A stretch of DNA of 32,000 bases from Opitutales bacterium (GCA_965219535.1 CBDCNV010000002.1:240001-272000), one strand, 5' to 3'; positions 8,610-16,473 are shown, numbered from the stretch's first letter. Notes: generated by a model not told the origin, from the letters alone. Program-made: numbers and translations.

Positions 8610-9838
8610 TGTACTAGCTACGACTTGATCTTACAGGTTACGCTGTGAGGAAGTATAAAATGTCAGCTAGCTATTGGTTCTTCATTGTCCTGGTTAAGGT
8701 GATCAACTTTTTGCGTTCAAAGCACCTTGTCCTCAAGGAAGGTCTGCATGGGGGTAGGCCCACAGCACATTTTACCCTGGTGAGTGCGTTCATGGTTATA
8801 GTGATACAGCCACTCGTCGAGATCTTTTTGTAACTGCCCTAAAGCACGGTAGATCTTCTTACGGAAGGTTACCTGATAAAACTCCTGGAGCACCGTTTTG
8901 TGGAAGCGCTCACAGATGCCATTGGTCTGGGGATGCTTCGCTTTGGTTTTGGTGTGATCAATATTATTGATCGCCAGATACAGCTCGTAAGGGTGACTGT
9001 AATGGCGTCCGCAATACTCGGTTCCACGATCGGTAAGCACCCGCAACAGTTCCATCGCGTGTTGCTCGAAAAAGGGCAAGACCTGATCGTTAAGCAACTC
9101 TGCGGCGGTGAGCGGGGTTTTCATCGTATACAACTTCGCGCAAGCCACTTTCGCATAAGTGTCGAGGAAGGTTTGCTGATAGATGCGTCCGACCCCTTTA
9201 AGCGTGCCAACATAGAAGGTATCCTGGGCACCCAGATAGCCGGGATGGGCGGTCTCAATCTCCCCGTGCAACTGATCACGCTCTTTCTTCTTCTGCAGGG
9301 CCGCCAACTGCCTCTCGGTTAAGACCAGCCCTTCTTCGGCCACTTTCTTTTCCAAGGCCTTCAACCGCAACGGGAAGGTTTGCAATTGATGGCTGATCCA
9401 CACACAACGCACTCCGGCCGGTGAGATCGCCAACCCCTCTTTCCTCAGTTCGTTGGCCACCCGCTGTTGTCCCAGCGCCGGGTTCTCCATCGCGAGCGTG
9501 ACCACCCGCTTTTCAATGCTCTCGTCAACGCGGTTTTTGAGGTTCGACTGGCTGCGACTTTTATCCAGCAGATTCTCGATTCCCCCGTCCTCGACCGCCG
9601 CTTTATACCGCTAAAAGGTATCGCCACTGAAGCCCATCACCTGACAGGCTTTTGAAACGTTGCCTGGCTCTTCAGCTAAATTTAATAATCCTACTTTATT
9701 TCTGATCATTTTTGCGTTTATTCTCATTGGGGTTACTCCTGTTTGGGGCAGCCCCCTAGGGGGCTGTTGTTGTTGTTTAACTTCCCACACAGAGTAACCC
9801 TTCTCTTGCTTCTGTCAGATCTTATCGTTACTAGTACA
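8610..9838 (-). mobile_element. IS481-family-like insertion sequence number 2, inserted into IS3 copy A
   Basis: Terminal inverted repeats are TGTACTAGCTACGA (8610-8623) and the reverse complement of TCGTTACTAGTACA (9825-9838). A perfect 7-bp direct repeat, GATGAAA, flanks it (8603-8609 and 9839-9845). Joining the flanks restores AAMKIKTLYIQP. Confidence 0.85.
8717..9727 (-). pseudogene. IS481-like transposase with one in-frame TAG (9611-9613)
   Basis: ATG at 9727, preceded by AGGAG. The reading is MRINAKMIRNKVGLLNLAEEPGNVSKACQVMGFSGDTF*RYKAAVEDGG..., which joins the 262-aa ORF (TDRGTEYCG...HPQTNGICERFH...YNHERTHQG). The stop sits where a Tyr (TAT) is expected. Confidence 0.85.
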
Positions 9839-10089
9839 GATGAAAATCAAAACCCTCTATATACAACCAGCAAGCCCTTGGCAGTACCGAGCGTTAGCGA
9901 CATCTTCCATGGATTCGTTGAGTCGTTTCATGCCCGTTTTCGCGAGCAGTGTTTAAACCGTCAACAGCTATGCACTTTAACCGAAGCAGGTGTGGTGATC
10001 GAAGATTGGTGCTGGCTTTACAATCATGTCCGTGCCCACTGCAGCCTCGGCAATTTCAGCCCACGCCACTTCGCTTTAAACATTTGGAG
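9839..10089 (+). mobile_element. IS3 copy A, 3' fragment, truncated where copy B begins
   Basis: It encodes IKTLYIQPASPWQ[insert]HGFVESFHARFREQCLNRQ...YNHVRAHCSLGNFSPRHFA. No copy-A right inverted repeat was found. Confidence 0.7.
9885..9907 (-). repeat. 23-nt micro-insertion, inverted relative to 7910-7932
   Basis: TACCGAGCGTTAGCGACATCTTC. Its reverse complement matches the 7909-7931 copy at 22 of 23 positions. Removing it restores PWQ-HGF. Confidence 0.7.
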
Positions 10090-10335
10090 TGACCCCCAAA
10101 AATCGTATCATTTACAGAGAGAGGTTATCGGGATAAACAGATAACCTCAATGAAAAGAAAAAGATACACAACAGAACAGATTATAACAATATTGCGGCAA
10201 GCCGATACCGGTAAAACGGTACAGGAAATCTGCCGTGGAAACAACCTGAGCGAACAGACTTTCTATCGCTGGCGTAAAAAATATGGCAATTTAGAACTTG
10301 CCGATGCGAAGCGATTTAAAGAGCTGGAAAAAGAA

Positions 10336-10362
10336 TTCACGAGCGCAAGCGAGAAGGCCTGA
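10336..10362 (+). repeat. about 27-nt related micro-insertion in OrfA of copy B (boundaries uncertain)
   Basis: TTCACGAGCGCAAGCGAGAAGGCCTGA is absent from the homologous KELEKENARLK site in copy A. Its length is a multiple of 3. Confidence 0.55.
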
Positions 10363-10430
10363 CATACCGAGCTGAAGAAGCTGCTCGCAGATCAAATGCT
10401 CAAGAATCAGGTAATGGAGGAAACGCTGTC

Positions 10431-10437
10431 AAAAAAA
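10431..10437 (+). promoter_or_regulatory. A7 slippery heptamer for -1 programmed frameshifting (OrfA to OrfB)
   Basis: tcAAAAAAAtgg. OrfB (MVSPKQKK...) is open in the -1 frame from 10437. This is the classic IS3-family arrangement. Confidence 0.6.
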
Positions 10438-11402
10438 TGGTGAGCCCAAAGCAGAAGAAACGAGTAGTAAAAGCTGCGGCTGAGAAAGGGTTGTGCTCGT
10501 TGCGGAGGGCTTGTGCTTATCTCAGCCTGAGTTGGTCAACGTTCAGTTACCGGCCCAAACAGGCCAGTGAGAAAGCTCAGCGGTTGGTCGAGCGGATTGT
10601 GAGCTTGTCCTGGAAACATCCCCGCTACGGTTACCGGCGCATCCGTGCCTTGCTGGTAAAGGAAGGCTGGACAACAAGCAGGAAGTTTGTCCAGGCGGTA
10701 CGACGTTCAGAAGGGCTGCAGGTAAAGCCCCCGAAAAAGGGCAGACACCGTCAAGGAGTCTCTACGGGGTCACCTACTAAAGCAAAGGGTCGCAATCACG
10801 TTTGGTCCTGGGACTTTGTCCATGATCGTACAGACAACGGCGGTCCATTAAAGATGATGACTCTAATCGATGTACCGAGGAGCTGAAAGCGACGACACTC
10901 AAGCGAAGCGAAGACATATACGCGTAAATGCCTGGATATCCGGGTCGCTCGTCAACTCACCTCAACCGATGTCCTCTCTGTGCTTAGCGAGGCCATTGAA
11001 GAGGAGGGACCTCCCAGCTATATCCGTAGTGACAACGGCAGTGAGTTCATTGCTCATCAAGTGCAGCAGTGGTTGTCCGGTAATAACATAAAGGCGATCT
11101 ATATCGATCCGGGCAGTCCCTGGCAAAACGGTTTCATCGAGTCGTTTCACAACCGCTTACGCGATGAGTGTTTGAACCGTGAAGTGTTGCTCAGCGTGGC
11201 TGAAGCGCAAGTGGTAATCGAACAATGGCGTCAGACCTATAACCATGAACATCCCCACAGTCGTTTAGGCTTCAAAAGCCCACAAGAGTTTGTCAGATTC
11301 CTTTCCGATCTTGGCCGCGTTCGGGCTACGCCCTCACTTCGCCAAGATCTCTCATATACATCAATCCTAAAACCATTAACACCCGGTAACTCTCTCACTT
11401 AA
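10437..11402 (+). pseudogene. IS3 copy B OrfB (DDE/rve), interrupted by the in-frame 45-nt insertion
   Basis: The 10437..10886 and 10980..11402 ORFs share one frame. VWSWDF...LKMMTLID[15 codons with TGA]DTRKCLDIRVAR...IRSDNGSEF...PGSPWQNGFIESFH...YNHEHPH. Confidence 0.8.
10873..10917 (+). repeat. 45-nt micro-insertion in OrfB of IS3 copy B
   Basis: TACCGAGGAGCTGAAAGCGACGACACTCAAGCGAAGCGAAGACAT, at the same position (after CGATG) as in copy A. Confidence 0.75.
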
Positions 11403-11461
11403 ATTGGTACGAAAAACGGGGTCCGATCACCTGGTTCCCGCTTTTTGAAGGATCCTATGCG

Positions 11462-12175
11462 ATGCAGGCCCGTACCGTAGAGATTGATCCTAACGGTTTC
11501 ACGTTTGACAATTGGTTCATTACCGATCCCATTACTTTAGTCGTCACTGAAGCCTCTTCGAACCTGGACTTTGTCGATCGGTCTTATGAAGATTTTATTG
11601 GTCAGGATGTGTTACCGAACGAGGAAAGTTTACTCGTCGCCTCGCTCGACTCCGGCCAGATTTCCCAAAGCACAGTGATTACAGAAATTTTCGAGACTCT
11701 TGAATCCCAGACTATTCAGGACGCGCTTATGGCACGCTTTCTTCTTACCGGCCAGTGGCCGTCACGCGATCTTCTCTTTCAGGACACCGAGGTGATTAAC
11801 GACAGCGGGTTGGGACAGCTGGTTGATTTTCTCATCCCCACCTTCCAAACGACATTCTTAAACAACGAGGAAGTTCCGGATGACTTATCGAGTGTCGAAG
11901 AGATTACCAACTTTTTCCAGATCGTCTTCACTAACAAGTATGGCGTTGCACCCGCCGGTGAACAGACCGCTACTGGTTTGACCAGGATTCAATTCTCCGG
12001 CGCGGAATTATTCCTCGAACGATTCGTAACCGACAACGATGTAACTTCTTTCGGAAATTCCAGCCGGACAACTATCCTTGGCATTCCGAATCCGCCAAAC
12101 GACCGCTTACGGGAATTTGCCGACGCCGGCTCTCTTCCAAATCAATCTATTAAGGATAACGCCTTCGACAACTGA
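11462..12175 (+). CDS. hypothetical protein, probably 5'-truncated by the IS cluster
   Basis: 237-aa ORF. The frame stays open upstream to the IS3 copy B end at 11429. No signal peptide or recognisable domain was found. Confidence 0.45.
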   Translation: MQARTVEIDPNGFTFDNWFITDPITLVVTEASSNLDFVDRSYEDFIGQDVLPNEESLLVASLDSGQISQSTVITEIFETLESQTIQDALMARFLLTGQWPSRDLLFQDTEVINDSGLGQLVDFLIPTFQTTFLNNEEVPDDLSSVEEITNFFQIVFTNKYGVAPAGEQTATGLTRIQFSGAELFLERFVTDNDVTSFGNSSRTTILGIPNPPNDRLREFADAGSLPNQSIKDNAFDN

Positions 12176-12176
12176 T

Positions 12177-13064
12177 GTGAGCAGTCTTGCGGCGGTTTCT
12201 ACTTTCGTATCCCAGGTTGATATGACACTGGCAGATCCACGTTACACGTCACGGTTCTTTGTTCCCTCCGCCGCTGCTGCTGAGGCCGCGACAGTCGCCG
12301 AAGACATTGTCCATCCGAACGGAAATGTTTATGACCAGGTATTAATGAGCACCGAGAAGGTAACGGTTCAGGCCGACCCGGGGCAAATCACTCGCGTCTC
12401 TTTCCTTGATGAAAATGATGATATCGTAATGGCAGAGTTTTCCGGATCGGGTGCGCTTGAAGTTTCAATTGACCCCGTAACATTCCAGAACGCGGCCCCA
12501 CCGGTGAAATACAACCAGCCTGATGTCAGTTATGCCAAGGGTCGTGCCCGGTTTAAAATTACTGACGCTAAAAGCGATACCTGGTTTTCCGTCTTTTCTC
12601 TTGGCTCACTTAACGTGGTAAATGCCAGCTTATTAAAGGATGGCGAGACTTATGACGGAATCGCCAATGTCGCCTCTTTGGAAATTATTAACTCGGAAGA
12701 AATGGGAGGTATACTGGCGGGTAATGCGGTCTTCTCCGATAACAAGCTGAATGTCGGTATTTCCGCCGGAAATGTTCGCGTCTTAAATCGTGTAATTATC
12801 GGTGACATAGATGCGAAGGAAACTGCATTTCCTGTTCTCTCCTTTGATCCCGGATCGCAGTTTGGTCAATTAATTGTCGCCGGGGGTGATTTGGTTCAGA
12901 CGAACGAAACCGCGATCAATCTTAATTCCAATAGTGTTGGTCCAGGATTCTCGAGCATCATTACCCAGGCTAATTTCAGGTCTAACGGTAGCCCGATGCT
13001 CGCCGCAACGATCGACGCCCAATTCAGCGTTGCAAATCAACCCATCATTATCGCGGTAGAGTAA
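12177..13064 (+). CDS. hypothetical protein (start uncertain: GTG 12177 or ATG 12222; the ORF is open from 12078)
   Basis: 328-aa ORF overlapping the previous ORF by 98 nt in another frame. A strong terminator follows it. Confidence 0.5.
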   Translation: MSSLAAVSTFVSQVDMTLADPRYTSRFFVPSAAAAEAATVAEDIVHPNGNVYDQVLMSTEKVTVQADPGQITRVSFLDENDDIVMAEFSGSGALEVSIDPVTFQNAAPPVKYNQPDVSYAKGRARFKITDAKSDTWFSVFSLGSLNVVNASLLKDGETYDGIANVASLEIINSEEMGGILAGNAVFSDNKLNVGISAGNVRVLNRVIIGDIDAKETAFPVLSFDPGSQFGQLIVAGGDLVQTNETAINLNSNSVGPGFSSIITQANFRSNGSPMLAATIDAQFSVANQPIIIAVE

Positions 13065-13113
13065 GTAGCGTAAATGCGAGTATGCGTTACTCGTAGTTGA
13101 GAAGACGACTTTG

Positions 13114-13148
13114 GAAACGCGCCGTGAATACGGCGCGTTTCTTTTTTT
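13114..13148 (+). terminator. intrinsic terminator
   Basis: GAAACGCGCCG-TGAATA-CGGCGCGTTTC perfect stem followed by T7. Confidence 0.8.
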
Positions 13149-13204
13149 GATTTACATATTTGAGGTGGAGCCGGACTGAGATACTACTGAAGACTCATCG
13201 AAGT

Positions 13205-13280
13205 CCTAACCGCTTAATCGCATTCACGCTTTATCGCTTTATCGCTTTATCGCATCCACACGTTATCGCATCCACGCGTT
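13205..13280. repeat. ATCGC-rich dispersed/tandem repeat tract
   Basis: (CGCTTTAT)x3 at 13228-13251, then a (CGCATCCACrCGTTAT)-type unit twice. The tract is homologous to the reverse complement of 23812-23870. It abuts the RND stop codon. Confidence 0.6.
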
Positions 13281-13284
13281 CCCT

Positions 13285-16200
13285 CTACCCACTTAACCAC
13301 TTAATTTTTGCTTTCGCTTCCGACAGGACTTGATGCAGCTCTTTGAAATAGGCTATGACAACTGATTTGATATCCTCGAGGATAAGATAATTAATCGGGA
13401 TGAGAATGAGGGTTATACAGGTGGCGAATAGGATGCCAAACCCTAATGATACAGCCATTGGGATAAGAAACTGCGCCTGGGTACTCTTTTCAAAAATTAA
13501 TGGTGAGAGTCCCGCAAAAGTGGTCAATGAGGTTAAAATAATGGGGCGGAAACGAGCGACACCGGCAGAACGCACCGCATCATCGAGTGTCATATTATCT
13601 TTGCGGCGAGTGTTTACATAATGAACGAGAACCAGACTATCATTTACGACCACCCCGGATAGCGCCAACATGCCAAAGGTACTGAGAATACTTAAATTCA
13701 TACCCATTATAATATGTCCCAACACCGCACCGACGAGGCCAAATGGGATAACGGTCATTACAATAAGCGGTTGCATATAGGACTTGAAAGGGATCGCCAT
13801 CATCGCATAGATCGCAAAAAGCACGAATAATGATCCTGTGTATAAGCTTCCAAAGGACTCGCGCTGTTCCTTCGCTTCCCCTTCAAAGCTCCAGCTCACG
13901 CCTGGATATTGACTTGTGAGGTGGGATAAAAACTGGGTGAGATCTTCATTGATACCGGCAAGATTAGTTTCTTTCTTATCGATGTCTGCCCTGATATTAA
14001 TCGTTCGGTTACGATTGACACGGCGAATCGTTGAGAATCCGCGTCCCATCTCTGCTTCGGCCACCGATGAAAATGGAATTTCTATTCCATCCGGTCTTCT
14101 GATGCGCATCGTCTCGAGGTTCGCGAGAGAACGGCGTTCGTCCTCAGGATAGCGAATCATTACGCGCACATCTTCTCTTCCCCTCGGAATACGCTGTGCT
14201 TCCTGTCCATAAAAAGCCTGTCTGACTTGCCGCGCAAGATCGGACATTGTTAGCCCGAGATGCTCAGCCTCAGGTTTGATCGCGAGCTTTATCTCCTGTT
14301 TGCCATCCTGAAAGGTATTCGTAATATCAAAGACGCCAGGGTATTGTTGAAGACGCTCCTCAACGATTCCTACTATTTCGGATAAATCCTCGAAGCTTGA
14401 ACCGGTCAGTTGAATATCGATGGGATCTCCCCCACGCCCAATCTCGGCGCGAAAATTTAACTCCTCAGCACCGGGGATTACTCCGATAAGCTTCCTCCAC
14501 TCGGAGACCAACTCGGTGCTCTTTACTTCAAGGCTGCGCTCTTCCGGCGGGACAATCTGAAAGACAACTTCGCCCTTATGGGATTGCCCGCCACGGCCGC
14601 CGCCACGGCCGCCGAATGACTCGCCACCTAGAGTCGCAAGAATATGTTCAATTACACTTTCGCCTGTATCGGGATCGATGTGGTTATCACGAATTTTTTC
14701 TGCCGCTGCTTCCATCCGTTTGACATGATTGGCAGTGATCTCCACCGGTGTGCCTAAAGGCATATCCAGGCGCGCTCTGGCCCTTTCACTTTGCACGCGT
14801 GGAAAGTAGGTAAATCGAATCCTCCCGCTCATCACCACGCCGAGAAAAAGAACAAAAATTCCGATAAAGAGTGATAACGCAAGGTAGCGATGTTTCATCG
14901 CCACTGCCAGGAGTGGTTTGTAATAAGAGACCACCAGCAACTCAAAACCATCGGCTATTTTTCGTTGCCACCGCGCTAATGGATTTAATTTCGCTCGATC
15001 AACTTTACCCACTTTTAAATGTTTAAGGTGCGCAGGCAGAATGAGCTTGGATTCTACAATCGAAAAAAGTAACACCGGGATAACAATAGCGGGAATTTGG
15101 AAAAATATTTTCCCGCGAAAGCCCCCGATCATCAAAAGGGGAGTGAATGCAATTATTGTCGTTAAAATTCCGAATATCACAGGAATGGCAACTTCCTGCG
15201 CCCCTTTAGAGGCGGCTTCAACAGGATCTTCCTGGTGTTGCATATGGGTAAAGATATTTTCACCGACGATAATCGCATCATCGACTACGATTCCGAGTAC
15301 GAGAATGAATGCAAAGAGACTGATAATATTGATCGTAACACCCATAAACGGCATCAAAGCAATAGCCCCGAGAAAGCTTACCGGGATACCCAGGCACACC
15401 CAGAAGGCGAGGGAAAATCGCAATAGTAAAGTAAGTAGGAGAAAAACAAGAAGCCCTCCCCACATCGCGCTATCAGTAAGTGTATTAAGACGGCCTTTGA
15501 CAATTTTTGCCCGGTCCTGCCAATAGCTTAGTTCAACTCCTGGTGGCATTCGTCCCTGCGCATCGGCAAGGTATTCTTTTACGGTTTGCGCCAGTGTTAT
15601 CGCATTCTGGTCACCCACTCGCATTACGTCGATTAATACCGCTTGCTTACCATTGAACCGCGCTATTAGGGGGGTTTCCTCGAAGCCATCGCGAACCGTA
15701 GCAATCTCACCCAGCGTGAGTCGAGTGCCGTCTTCACGCGTGAGCAAAATGATTTTCTCAAAATCCTCATGCACGTAAGCCTGTCCCTTAGTGCGTAGCA
15801 GGATCTCCCCACCACGGGTCTTAATCGCGCCCGCGGGAAGATCGATCGATGAATTTCGCACCGCACGAGTGACCTGATCGAAACTAAGACCGTGACGTCG
15901 CAATGTATTTTCCGCTACTTCAATTGAAATCTCATAGGGGCGCACAGCTTTAAGAGAAACCTGGGTAATGCCGGAAAGGTTTGCAATTTCGTCTCGTACC
16001 TGTTCCCCCAATCGTCGGAGTTCACGCTCGCTCAAATTACCCGAAACCACGACATTTATCACCCGACTGCTGCGCTGTGCGACATTCATGATCGGTCTCT
16101 CGGTTTCGTCGGGAAAAGTAGAAATCGCATCAATACGGTTTTTTACATCATCGAGCAGTTCACGCGGATCGTAACCGCTGTCCACCTCGATCATCACTGA

Positions 16201-16473
16201 GGCCACACCCTCGGATGAAGTCGAAGTGATTTCCTCGATGCCTTCGAGATCCTGAATCGCTTCTTCGATACGGATGACAACCCCTTCTTCAACCTCAGAC
16301 GGCGTGGCTCCTCGATAAGGCATGCTAACCGTGATACGGTCGATATCGAAATCGGGGAAGACTTCGAGCGGTATTTTGTAGGTGAGGGAAAAGACACCCG
16401 CCATTATAATTGTAACCATGAGTAGGTTAGCCGCTACCCCGTTACGCGTAAACCAATTGATTAACCCATTCAT
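13285..16473 (-). CDS. RND efflux transporter permease (AcrB-like superfamily)
   Basis: 1062 aa with a 12-TM RND architecture and two large periplasmic loops. The start overlaps the MFP stop (ATGA). Confidence 0.95.
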   Translation of the reverse strand: MNGLINWFTRNGVAANLLMVTIIMAGVFSLTYKIPLEVFPDFDIDRITVSMPYRGATPSEVEEGVVIRIEEAIQDLEGIEEITSTSSEGVASVMIEVDSGYDPRELLDDVKNRIDAISTFPDETERPIMNVAQRSSRVINVVVSGNLSERELRRLGEQVRDEIANLSGITQVSLKAVRPYEISIEVAENTLRRHGLSFDQVTRAVRNSSIDLPAGAIKTRGGEILLRTKGQAYVHEDFEKIILLTREDGTRLTLGEIATVRDGFEETPLIARFNGKQAVLIDVMRVGDQNAITLAQTVKEYLADAQGRMPPGVELSYWQDRAKIVKGRLNTLTDSAMWGGLLVFLLLTLLLRFSLAFWVCLGIPVSFLGAIALMPFMGVTINIISLFAFILVLGIVVDDAIIVGENIFTHMQHQEDPVEAASKGAQEVAIPVIFGILTTIIAFTPLLMIGGFRGKIFFQIPAIVIPVLLFSIVESKLILPAHLKHLKVGKVDRAKLNPLARWQRKIADGFELLVVSYYKPLLAVAMKHRYLALSLFIGIFVLFLGVVMSGRIRFTYFPRVQSERARARLDMPLGTPVEITANHVKRMEAAAEKIRDNHIDPDTGESVIEHILATLGGESFGGRGGGRGGQSHKGEVVFQIVPPEERSLEVKSTELVSEWRKLIGVIPGAEELNFRAEIGRGGDPIDIQLTGSSFEDLSEIVGIVEERLQQYPGVFDITNTFQDGKQEIKLAIKPEAEHLGLTMSDLARQVRQAFYGQEAQRIPRGREDVRVMIRYPEDERRSLANLETMRIRRPDGIEIPFSSVAEAEMGRGFSTIRRVNRNRTINIRADIDKKETNLAGINEDLTQFLSHLTSQYPGVSWSFEGEAKEQRESFGSLYTGSLFVLFAIYAMMAIPFKSYMQPLIVMTVIPFGLVGAVLGHIIMGMNLSILSTFGMLALSGVVVNDSLVLVHYVNTRRKDNMTLDDAVRSAGVARFRPIILTSLTTFAGLSPLIFEKSTQAQFLIPMAVSLGFGILFATCITLILIPINYLILEDIKSVVIAYFKELHQVLSEAKAKIKWLSG

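Larger units (their letters stand above)
10150..10443 (+). pseudogene. IS3 copy B OrfA (HTH), interrupted by a short in-frame insertion carrying TGA
   Basis: MKRKRYTTEQIITILRQ...KELEKE[FTSASEKA*]HTELKKLLADQMLKNQVMEETLSKKW*. The frame is unchanged after the stop at 10360-10362. Confidence 0.8.
10090..11429 (+). mobile_element. IS3-family element copy B
   Basis: Imperfect terminal inverted repeats: TGACCCCCAAAAATCGTATCATTTACAGAGAGAGGTTATCGGG (from 10090) against the reverse complement of the 11382-11429 end (TGATCGGACCCCGTTTTTCGTACCAATTTAAGTGAGAGAGTTACCGGG). It has the OrfA / A7 slippery site / OrfB layout. Confidence 0.8.

Noticed and set aside
1-10886. Alternative genetic code or stop-codon reassignment, suggested by in-frame TAA, TGA and TAG in the TPR locus and the IS genes
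   Set aside because: All three stop codons occur in frame only in degenerate or repeat-interrupted genes. All three also terminate well-conserved intact genes here: TAG in the RND gene; TGA in the MFP gene and the EF-G paralogue; TAA in dsbD, fic and the four-helix-bundle gene. Pseudogenisation is the simpler reading.
13228-13280. Possible CRISPR-like array
   Set aside because: The units are only 8-16 nt, are directly tandem with no spacers, and no cas genes are present.
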